This document shows positions 8,335 to 15,581 of a stretch of DNA of 43,947 nucleotides, in pieces. Location: sequence record NC_073315.1; one strand, written 5' to 3'. Positions within the stretch are counted from its first letter, which is position 1. Every line of letters starts with the position of its first letter. The DNA is from Escherichia phage vB_EcoS_fFiEco03. Made by a program: the position numbers and the translations under genes. The notes under the pieces are model-generated. The model was not told where the DNA came from and made no database searches. It was given only the letters and a program-made list of their open reading frames with translations.

Positions 8335-8514
8335 ATGGCAGATAATTACGTAATCCGCGAAAAGTACACCCACGTTGATATTGTTGACGGTCAGGTAATG
8401 CCGGTTCGCGGTGTTGTAGAAGCGGATGAACTGGTTGCGACTCAACCGGACAGCGAAGAAGCGCACAACAACGGCGGCGGTACTAAGCGTCGTCGCCGTA
8501 AGTCAGAGGAATAA
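8335..8514 (+). CDS. Small hypothetical protein, 59 aa, basic C-terminus
   Basis: ATG with AAGGAAAGG RBS; ORF hand-translated (MADNYVIREKY...GTKRRRRKSEE); below the ORF-track cutoff. Confidence 0.4.
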   Translation: MADNYVIREKYTHVDIVDGQVMPVRGVVEADELVATQPDSEEAHNNGGGTKRRRRKSEE

Positions 8515-8517
8515 TTT

Positions 8518-9030
8518 ATGCCGCTAATCGTGGAAACTGGGGTGATCGTCCCGAATGCCGACAGTTACGTTAGCCTGGCTGATGCCCGCGCGTTAGCGGC
8601 TAATTATGGTCTGGAGTTACCGGCAGACGATACTGCCGCAGAGGTGGCCTTACGTAACGGTGCTACTTATGTCGGGCTTGCAGAACCGCAGATGTGTGGT
8701 CGTCGGGTATCCGCTGAACAGTCTCTGGCGTACCCACGCACCGGTGTTACGTTGAATGGTTTCCCCGTAGCTAACAATGCCATTCCAAAACAGGTGATTC
8801 TTGCGCAGGTAATCGCGTCTGCTACATATGGCGCAGGTACGGAAGTGCGGGCTAACTCAGACGGTCGCGCTGTGCAGACTGAGCGTGTCGAGGGCGCGGT
8901 AACAGTGACCTACTTCAACAACGGCAGCAGTGGTGCTACGACCGCGATTACCGCTGCGGACGACGCCTTACGCCCGTTACTGTGCGGTGGTCTTAACAAT
9001 GGCTTCTCGTTTAATGTGTACCGGGGTTAA
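8518..9030 (+). CDS. Putative head-tail connector or adaptor protein
   Basis: 170-aa ORF in the head-to-tail transition region of the morphogenesis operon; assignment by synteny only. Confidence 0.4.
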   Translation: MPLIVETGVIVPNADSYVSLADARALAANYGLELPADDTAAEVALRNGATYVGLAEPQMCGRRVSAEQSLAYPRTGVTLNGFPVANNAIPKQVILAQVIASATYGAGTEVRANSDGRAVQTERVEGAVTVTYFNNGSSGATTAITAADDALRPLLCGGLNNGFSFNVYRG

Positions 9031-9032
9031 AA

Positions 9033-9647
9033 ATGGCGAAGACTAAATCTGAGATATTTACCCTTATAGGGCAGGAGTTACCCGACAACACGACGGGGCT
9101 TATTACTCCGGCCAAGCTGCGCGGTGTTCTTACGCAGATGGCTGACTCACCTATTTACGCCACTCCTGGCGTTAAAGAGGTTGAAGTTCTCCGTGCCGCG
9201 TCTACCGTAACACAAGCGCCTACCGCGGTAGATACGGCATTGCAGTTAACTTTCGGTCCCGCGCAGGGTAGCGCATCTGACCCGGTAATGATTAATGCAG
9301 CGGGTCTGGTTACGTTCAACACTGCAGGCAACTACGCCGTTCGCATCAAGTTACAGGCCGGGCGCACTGGGGCAAGCGGCACGTCTATCCTGTTATCGCG
9401 CATTCTTCTGAACGGCGCTCAGTATGGCTCGCCCGCAGCCACTAAACTGGTAAGCGCCGATACTACAATCCCGATTGAATCCCGTGTGGTTATTAATGCG
9501 ACGGCAGGCCAGACGTTTTCCGTTCAGATTATGCGGGATAGTGCCGGAACTAACTACGGCGGCGTATACCCGCAAGTGGCTACGGTAACCGCATGGGGTA
9601 CCGCCCCGTCGGCACTACTGGTTATTTCGAGACTGGAGGCCGCCTGA
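9033..9647 (+). CDS. Hypothetical structural protein
   Basis: 204-aa ORF, tightly packed in the structural operon. Confidence 0.45.
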   Translation: MAKTKSEIFTLIGQELPDNTTGLITPAKLRGVLTQMADSPIYATPGVKEVEVLRAASTVTQAPTAVDTALQLTFGPAQGSASDPVMINAAGLVTFNTAGNYAVRIKLQAGRTGASGTSILLSRILLNGAQYGSPAATKLVSADTTIPIESRVVINATAGQTFSVQIMRDSAGTNYGGVYPQVATVTAWGTAPSALLVISRLEAA

Positions 9648-9745
9648 TGAATAAGTTCACATGTGGTGTAGTTTTTGGTTTTCTTACCGCGGTAGTCTTG
9701 CACAGTTACGGTGTTCTTTTGACGCTGCAAGAGGTGCTAAAATGA
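9647..9745 (+). CDS. Micro-ORF: 32-aa hydrophobic (single-TM-like) peptide
   Basis: ATG overlaps the upstream stop (TGATG) with GGAGG RBS 8 nt upstream; its stop overlaps the next ATG (ATGA). Sequence MNKFTCGVVFGFLTAVVLHSYGVLLTLQEVLK. Confidence 0.35.
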   Translation: MNKFTCGVVFGFLTAVVLHSYGVLLTLQEVLK

Positions 9746-10101
9746 GCACCGCTTTCAGTAAACGTATGCAAGGCGTCGGTACACGCCTGCTAACCAAATT
9801 CGGTAGCACGGTATCTCTTGTTCGCGCTGGCTCGAAAGTGTGGGATGAAGTTCTCGGTGAGTATGTCCGGTCCGCGGATGAAGTGTTGCCGTTGAAGGCT
9901 GTTCCGGTTCCGGTAAACGTTGGACTGGTAAACGGTACGACGATTCAGGCGGGCGACATGATTGTTAAAGCCGATTGCAGTGTCGTTCCTAAGATGGAAG
10001 ACAAGGTGCAATTCGGCGGCGAGCAATGGTCCGTCGTAGCTATCGAGAAGAAGATGGTTAACGATGATGTCGTGGCATACTTTATTCAGGTGAGAAAATG
10101 A
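9742..10101 (+). CDS. Putative head-closure or neck protein
   Basis: ATG at 9742 with AGAGG RBS (the ORF-track start at 9661 is probably an upstream alternative codon); 119 aa; synteny. Confidence 0.4.
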   Translation: MSTAFSKRMQGVGTRLLTKFGSTVSLVRAGSKVWDEVLGEYVRSADEVLPLKAVPVPVNVGLVNGTTIQAGDMIVKADCSVVPKMEDKVQFGGEQWSVVAIEKKMVNDDVVAYFIQVRK

Positions 10102-10493
10102 GTTTCGCGCTTGATGTCTCTAAGTTCGTGGAAAAGGCGAAGAAGAACCCCGAGAAGGTGATGCGTCAGGTGTCTATCAAGCTGTTTTCCGCTATTATAA
10201 AGGCGAGTCCGGTAGATACGGGCCGCTTTCGTATGAACTGGATGGTGTCTGGCGGTACTCCTGCTTCCGGGATTACGGACGCCACCGATAAATCAGGAAA
10301 CACGGCAACCGGAAACGCCACTAGTTTTGTGCTGAAAGCCGCAGACTGGCACGAGTTCACGCTGACTAATAACCTGCCGTACGCCCAACCTCTTGAGTAC
10401 GGTTGGTCGCAACAGGCCCCGCAAGGCATGGTCAGGACTAATGTGTCACGCTTCCAGCAACTAATTAATGAAGAAGCCAATAAGGTAAAATGA
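10098..10493 (+). CDS. Tail component (HK97 gp10-like)
   Basis: 131 aa containing a VDTGRFRMNW motif recalled as typical of the HK97 gp10 tail-component family. Confidence 0.5.
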   Translation: MSFALDVSKFVEKAKKNPEKVMRQVSIKLFSAIIKASPVDTGRFRMNWMVSGGTPASGITDATDKSGNTATGNATSFVLKAADWHEFTLTNNLPYAQPLEYGWSQQAPQGMVRTNVSRFQQLINEEANKVK

Positions 10494-10906
10494 TGGGCTA
10501 CTTTGAAGACTTAACCAAAGCGTTCGACGTGCCGCTGGTAGCCTTCGGGGCCGCCAACGGCATCAGGGTAGCGCTTGAGAACATCGACGCTCCGACGTCA
10601 ACCGATACGCCATACCTTGCGAGTTACATGCTACTGGCGGATACCGAGCAGGCCGACTTATTTTTCACCGAGCAACGTGCAGGTATTTATCAGGTAGACA
10701 TTAACTACGCATCTGTGAAAGGTAGCGCGCCAATCAATAAAATGGCAGACTTACTTAACACGGCATTCAAAGCAGGTAAGTCTTTTTCACGTAACGACAT
10801 CTGCGCCGAAGTGCAATCGGTTAGCCTGGGGCCGCTGATTGTAGAAAATGGATGGGCCAAAAGACCATTGTCGATTAACTTTATTGCATTCACCAAGAGG
10901 CTGTGA
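10490..10906 (+). CDS. Putative tail completion or terminator protein
   Basis: 138-aa ORF immediately upstream of the major tail gene; synteny only. Confidence 0.4.
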   Translation: MMGYFEDLTKAFDVPLVAFGAANGIRVALENIDAPTSTDTPYLASYMLLADTEQADLFFTEQRAGIYQVDINYASVKGSAPINKMADLLNTAFKAGKSFSRNDICAEVQSVSLGPLIVENGWAKRPLSINFIAFTKRL

Positions 10907-10908
10907 AT

Positions 10909-12075
10909 ATGGCTACAACTCCTTTTAAGGGCGCGAATACCGCGCAATTCTATGTGGCGGAAACTACCCCGGGCGTGACACCGACTTCCCCGGTATGGTC
11001 GCCGTTGCGCAATACTGGCGGTGTTCCTGCGGTAACCCGCGACGCGCTGACCTCCAACGAACTCGACGGCAGCAGAGAAACCACATCCATCCGCACCGGT
11101 AACAAACAGGTTAGCGGGGAGTACGCCATCGAACTTAGCTCACGTAGCCAGGATGATTTCCTTGCGGGTGCTATGACTTCTACGTGGCAGGATGGGGTAG
11201 AGATTACGGGTGCTGAAATTACGGTCGCTCCAGCAGGTAAAACATTCACCCGCGCTGCCGGTAGCTTCATTACTGACGGTGTAGAAGTTGGCGACCTGAT
11301 TGCGTTCACCGACTTAACCGGCGACAACGCAAAACCGTTTATCGTGACTGAGGTTTCTGCTCTTGTAGTTACGGGTGCGGGTATCCAGCACACGCTGACA
11401 GCAGAGACTGTAACCACCGACGCTAAAACAGGCGATAAACTGGAAACCGGTAACGCATGTAAGACGTTCTCCATCCTGACATGGTTCAAAGGACAGTGCG
11501 GGAACCCTGACGCGTACATGCTGACCAAAGGCGTGGAAATCTCCGGTTTCACCATTGAACAGGCCGTAAACGCGATGGTGACAGGCAGCTTCCCGTTCAT
11601 CGGTCTGAGTCAGGAAATTCTTTCTGCACCGCCAGCAGGTTCTGATTTCTCTCAGGTGACGTTTACCGATGAGCCGTTCTCATCCGTAGATGTGTCTGTG
11701 TTCGACGGTTCTACGCCGTTGCGTTGCGATACTCTGACCATCACCAACGACAACGGTGCGTCCGCACAGTTCGAACTAGGCAACAGTAGCGTCGCGTTCG
11801 TGGAACGTGGTCGCGCGGCTAACACATTCTCCATCTCCGGCAAGCTGTACGACATGGCGATGATTCAGAAGTTTATCAACGAACAGCAGGTAGAGATTAA
11901 CTCTATTCTGGCGGGGGTAAACGGGGCTATGTCTTTCAGCCTGAAACGTGCCGAGTTGACCGCAGTTACGCCAGAAATATCTGGCCCAGAATCAATCACC
12001 CAGAGCATAGAGGGACAGTCCACCGGCAATCAGTACCAGTCATCTATCGTAATTCAGCGTATTAGTTACACATAA
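10909..12075 (+). CDS. Major tail protein
   Basis: ATG at 10909 with AAGAGG RBS; about 388 aa; followed by a strong terminator and, further on, the chaperone and tape measure genes. Confidence 0.65.
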   Translation: MATTPFKGANTAQFYVAETTPGVTPTSPVWSPLRNTGGVPAVTRDALTSNELDGSRETTSIRTGNKQVSGEYAIELSSRSQDDFLAGAMTSTWQDGVEITGAEITVAPAGKTFTRAAGSFITDGVEVGDLIAFTDLTGDNAKPFIVTEVSALVVTGAGIQHTLTAETVTTDAKTGDKLETGNACKTFSILTWFKGQCGNPDAYMLTKGVEISGFTIEQAVNAMVTGSFPFIGLSQEILSAPPAGSDFSQVTFTDEPFSSVDVSVFDGSTPLRCDTLTITNDNGASAQFELGNSSVAFVERGRAANTFSISGKLYDMAMIQKFINEQQVEINSILAGVNGAMSFSLKRAELTAVTPEISGPESITQSIEGQSTGNQYQSSIVIQRISYT

Positions 12076-12120
12076 CTTGTGGTATAAGAAGAGTAAAGGA
12101 TAGCTTTAGCGGGCGAAAAA

Positions 12121-12150
12121 GAGAGGGGTCGTGCCCTCTCTTTCCTTTAT
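12121..12150 (+). terminator. Intrinsic terminator after the major tail gene
   Basis: GAGAGGG-GTCGTG-CCCTCTC stem-loop followed by TTTCCTTTAT. Confidence 0.65.
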
Positions 12151-12182
12151 ACGGTAAATACACGAGCCTGACGAGGTGAATA

Positions 12183-12815
12183 ATGTTCTTGTATGAAGAA
12201 TTTGAAAAGATACCAGCATCAAAACGGGCGGTATCATGCCGTAAAACAATCTGCGGAGTCGGTGTCAACGATGCAGATTTCACCACCAGTATTTTCAACG
12301 GCAAAAAGTCTGTTAACCACCCGGTGTACGATATTTGGTGTGCGATGATATTCAGGTGCTACCATGGGTCCGTTAAGCATCCAACATACTCAGGAGTGGT
12401 AGTGTGTGAAGACTGGCTGTATTTCTCCAACTACTTTAAATGGTACAAAGATAACTACGTAGAGGGTTGGCATGTTGACAAAGATTTGCTTACGGATTCT
12501 AAAGAATACTCACCGGATACCTGTATATTTGTCCCAAGAGTTTTAAACAACTTTCTAACCGACAGCGCAGCGGCTAGAGGTGACCTACCGATAGGCCTTA
12601 CTTATAGGAAAACAAACGGCAAGATTCGATGCAGGGTTAATAATCCGCTAACCGGGGTGCGCGAAAACTTAGGCGATTTTACCGATTTGGATGAAGCCAT
12701 CAAGGCCAGAACGCTGCGGAAGTTAGAGATAGCCGGAGAACTTAAGCCACTTATGGATTCCATAGACGGGAGAATCTATCCGAGGGCCGTTTCTGTAATT
12801 AAGGCACAACGATAA
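12183..12815 (+). CDS. Putative homing endonuclease (HNH-like nuclease domain plus C-terminal AP2-like DNA-binding domain)
   Basis: N-terminal W..M..RC...HP.Y.G..VC.DW..F..F..W...EGWHVDKDLL...YSPDTC pattern; C-terminal GKIRCRVNNPLTGVRENLGDFTDLDEAIKA (AP2-like); free-standing between terminators. Confidence 0.55.
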   Translation: MFLYEEFEKIPASKRAVSCRKTICGVGVNDADFTTSIFNGKKSVNHPVYDIWCAMIFRCYHGSVKHPTYSGVVVCEDWLYFSNYFKWYKDNYVEGWHVDKDLLTDSKEYSPDTCIFVPRVLNNFLTDSAAARGDLPIGLTYRKTNGKIRCRVNNPLTGVRENLGDFTDLDEAIKARTLRKLEIAGELKPLMDSIDGRIYPRAVSVIKAQR

Positions 12816-12819
12816 AACT

Positions 12820-12845
12820 AAGGCCCCTTTCGGGGCCTTTTTCTT
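12820..12845. terminator. Bidirectional intrinsic terminator (28-nt sequence repeated at 24735..24762)
   Basis: AAGGCCCC-TTTC-GGGGCCTT with U-rich flanks on both strands; convergent junction. Confidence 0.7.
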
Positions 12846-13074
12846 ACTCATCAATATTGCTTCGGTACTCCCGTAACTTCTCCAGGCTTTCGATTGCCTC
12901 AGCTAAGTCTGTCCAGGTGTCCTTGTGACCACGTAAACCCATACACAATAGCTTCTTCAATGCGTGCTGTAACGCCGGGTCGCGTATGTCGAAGGCGCGT
13001 AGCACGTCGTAAACGTCTACAGTCATGGTGCTGCCGTGGGTGTTTGTCATTGTGCGGTTGTATTTATTTGTCAC
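12844..13074 (-). CDS. Hypothetical small protein (start ambiguous: 13074, 13050 or 13026)
   Basis: Last gene of the - strand island; no clear SD for any candidate start. Confidence 0.4.
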   Translation of the reverse strand: MTNKYNRTMTNTHGSTMTVDVYDVLRAFDIRDPALQHALKKLLCMGLRGHKDTWTDLAEAIESLEKLREYRSNIDE

Positions 13075-13264
13075 GGTTAACTCTCTTAAATCGGGCTATG
13101 CCTGACTCGTTAATGCTGCCTATTTCAAAGAAGCTGCGATATTTAGGCGAATACATTCTTACGTCGCCGTTCTCTAGGGTGACCCCTTCATATACAGCGC
13201 CTACTTCGAATCCATTTTTCTCCGCGTACGGACTCACATCGGTGCATTCATACATATCTTTCAT
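13064..13264 (-). CDS. Hypothetical protein, 66 aa
   Basis: ATG overlaps the stop of the upstream phosphoesterase gene (ATGA coupling). Confidence 0.5.
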   Translation of the reverse strand: MKDMYECTDVSPYAEKNGFEVGAVYEGVTLENGDVRMYSPKYRSFFEIGSINESGIARFKRVNRDK

Positions 13265-14391
13265 CCCAGCATCTCCGGTGAAATAGTTAAACGTGCGACC
13301 TCGCCATATTCGGCGCTATAAGTAATTACATTTGCACTACGGCCCGACATCCATCCGCCGCGCGAGGCGTAGGCGTCTTTAGCCGCTAAGGTGCGGTGTT
13401 GCTCAACAATCATGTTACGGCTTTCTACAATCTTCTGGTGGTGGAGGTGGCCTACGTGGGCGTAGCTGTAAACGCTTTCGCCAAATGCTTTGCGGAACTT
13501 GGCAATCATAACCGGTTCGATAGCGTCTAATCGCGCCTTATGCCCGTGGTGAAAGAACAGCGTAGTTTTGCCGTGTTTGACCATCTTGTAAACATCCGGC
13601 GACGTATCGACGAACACACGCGGCTCATTGTCGTACAGCGTACTAAACATCTCAGCTAACCAAATCATTCCGCTTTCGTCGTGGTTCCCTTGCACGATAA
13701 GCAAGCGAACAGATTTATGCTTAACCAGCGCCATGTCAACAACACGGCGTACCATACGAATCATGTAGCGGACCAGTTTCTGATAACGAGTGTCCGCATC
13801 AAGAACATGACCACTCGCTGGCGTAACCGCATCCAGACTATCGAAGTGCGCGAAGTCACCCAGCAGGTTAATAACCCCAGTTCCTGCATCTGGTGCTTTC
13901 TGAAACGCCGCATCGAACCATCGGGAGAACAGGTCTTCCGCAATCTTCATATCCCAGTCGTCGCCGCTCTCGTCAGCCCAGGCCAGCATACCAAGATGGA
14001 AATCAGATACCGTGTACAGATTGAGTAGTTTATCGTCGCGTTTGGCTCGAGTCGCTTTAACCGGCGCAACTGGCGTAATCTCCGACTTCATTCCTTCGAT
14101 CACGGCTTTCATTAACTCGACCTGACGTTCGGCGTCGGTGTCTGTCTTAACCCATTGCAACTTAGTGTTGCCGAACTCGTCCACCAGTGACGACGTTCCT
14201 TTAATTTTGTAGCCGTCCGGGACAAGATGGCTAACGTCACGACCGTGACCTACGCCTTTCTTCGCCAGCTTCGCTTTACGGATACGAATAACTCGGTCTG
14301 AGATGCCGTATTTACGGGATATGTCGATAATCTTTGTTCCGGCGTTCAATTCTTCCTGTAACTGTTCGTCGGTTATTTTCTTCCGGGCCAT
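13261..14391 (-). CDS. Calcineurin-like metallophosphoesterase with N-terminal HTH (SbcD/Mre11-like motifs)
   Basis: Motifs SDFHLG, GDFAHFD, GNHDES, FHHGH and GHLHH in canonical order; N-terminal HTH-like segment (ISRKYGISDRVIRIRKAKL); GAGGAAG RBS. Confidence 0.7.
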   Translation of the reverse strand: MARKKITDEQLQEELNAGTKIIDISRKYGISDRVIRIRKAKLAKKGVGHGRDVSHLVPDGYKIKGTSSLVDEFGNTKLQWVKTDTDAERQVELMKAVIEGMKSEITPVAPVKATRAKRDDKLLNLYTVSDFHLGMLAWADESGDDWDMKIAEDLFSRWFDAAFQKAPDAGTGVINLLGDFAHFDSLDAVTPASGHVLDADTRYQKLVRYMIRMVRRVVDMALVKHKSVRLLIVQGNHDESGMIWLAEMFSTLYDNEPRVFVDTSPDVYKMVKHGKTTLFFHHGHKARLDAIEPVMIAKFRKAFGESVYSYAHVGHLHHQKIVESRNMIVEQHRTLAAKDAYASRGGWMSGRSANVITYSAEYGEVARLTISPEMLG

Positions 14392-14429
14392 GCTTACTTC
14401 CTCGTGTTTAGGATTTGTCCTATACTAGC

Positions 14430-14621
14430 TCACTTCTCTTTGACATTCGAGTTGCAAGCCCAGATTAAAATAAATACCCACGGCAGCAGAACCCAGCCGA
14501 GAAACAGATTAGCCATGAATATCGCCAGTTTCGCTTTATGTCCGCGCATATGGGCCACTAAAAACGGGATAAAATAAACTAAAACGATAATGATTAAGAA
14601 GAACATAGTAATACCTGTCAT
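14430..14621 (-). CDS. Superinfection-immunity-like small membrane protein (2 TM)
   Basis: 63 aa from ATG 14621 with AGGAG RBS; motif YFIPFLVAHMRGHKAKLAIFMANLFLGWVLLPWVFILIWA resembles the Imm-type superinfection immunity family (recalled). Confidence 0.5.
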   Translation of the reverse strand: MTGITMFFLIIIVLVYFIPFLVAHMRGHKAKLAIFMANLFLGWVLLPWVFILIWACNSNVKEK

Positions 14622-14662
14622 GGTGTAGCTCCTGTTTGAGTTAACATTGTTGGTGTAAGTGA

Positions 14663-14691
14663 ATAGTATCCTATTATGTTGGGGTGCGCAA
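14663..14691 (-). promoter_or_regulatory. Sigma70-like promoter, class I (TTGCGC-N17-TACTAT), drives the reverse island
   Basis: On the - strand: TTGCGC, spacer ACCCCAACATAATAGGA, TACTAT. Near-identical to the + strand promoter at 37107..37135. Confidence 0.55.
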
Positions 14692-14799
14692 GTAATGTGA
14701 TAGAATAATTTTGCGCCTAGTGTCGCACACGAAAAGCGGGTGGTTCCCGTCTGGCGCATTTACCATTAACCTGTAACCTCTTAACCAAAGGATTAAAGA

Positions 14800-15216
14800 A
14801 TGAAACTTTCTGATTTTTATTACGAAGCTGAGGCAGAAAAAGGCGCCCGTATGCCGATACCACTGAAAGACGGCACCGATTCAGGGGAGTGGCTGAACGT
14901 TGTTTCACCGGAGGCAGACGTTGCTGTTAAAGCTATGAGGGCGTTTACACTTGCGTACCGCGCGGCATTAGGTAAATTGAAACCGCTTCGCGATAAATGC
15001 GAGGAACTGAAAGATTTCTCGGAATACAACATCAAGATGGAAGACGCCGCAACGGACCTTAACCGCCAGTTAGCGCTTGAACTGGTTAACGGTTGGAGTC
15101 TCGACGATGAATTTAATAAAGAGAACCTGAATACTCTTTTCTCACAATATAAACGACTCGCTGAACACGTTGTTGTTTTCCACAATGAACAGCTTCACCA
15201 ATTGCAGGAAAAGTAG
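14800..15216 (+). CDS. Tail assembly chaperone (gpG-like)
   Basis: 138-aa acidic protein directly upstream of the tape measure gene, with an overlapping downstream ORF in the -1 frame. Confidence 0.65.
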   Translation: MKLSDFYYEAEAEKGARMPIPLKDGTDSGEWLNVVSPEADVAVKAMRAFTLAYRAALGKLKPLRDKCEELKDFSEYNIKMEDAATDLNRQLALELVNGWSLDDEFNKENLNTLFSQYKRLAEHVVVFHNEQLHQLQEK

Positions 15217-15581
15217 ACGCGTTGCTCCAGTTTGCCCGTTGGAACTTCATAACCCGCCACAAACGGCGGGAGTTTGACAGTATCGCCGACGGGCATAAAG
15301 CCGCGCTAATTGCTATGGGGGTTATGCAAGACGCGCCGGAAGCAACGCAGGACACAGGGCCGGAATGCCCCCCTGAGCTATTAACCACCTTCGAGAAGTA
15401 CAGGGAAATCAAATTCACCCGCCGAGTGGACGATGATGGCATCAAGATGTACCCGCGCGAACAGTTAAGATGGTCGGATTTAGTGGCATACAGCACCGTT
15501 TCAGGCCAGAATATAGGCATGTTCGAATCTGACATCATCATGAGCTTAGACGCTATTTTCGAGGGTAGAAACGATGGCTGA
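15189..15581 (+). CDS. Tail assembly chaperone -1 frameshift extension (gpGT-like T segment)
   Basis: -1 frame open from 15189 and overlapping the last 8 codons of the G-like gene; candidate slip site GAA_AAG just before the G stop; ends overlapping the tape measure start. Confidence 0.45.
   Translation, partial: TASPIAGKVDALLQFARWNFITRHKRREFDSIADGHKAALIAMGVMQDAPEATQDTGPECPPELLTTFEKYREIKFTRRVDDDGIKMYPREQLRWSDLVAYSTVSGQNIGMFESDIIMSLDAIFEGRNDG

Noticed and set aside
10950-11600. 216-aa - strand ORF
   Set aside because: Antisense shadow ORF inside the major tail protein gene.
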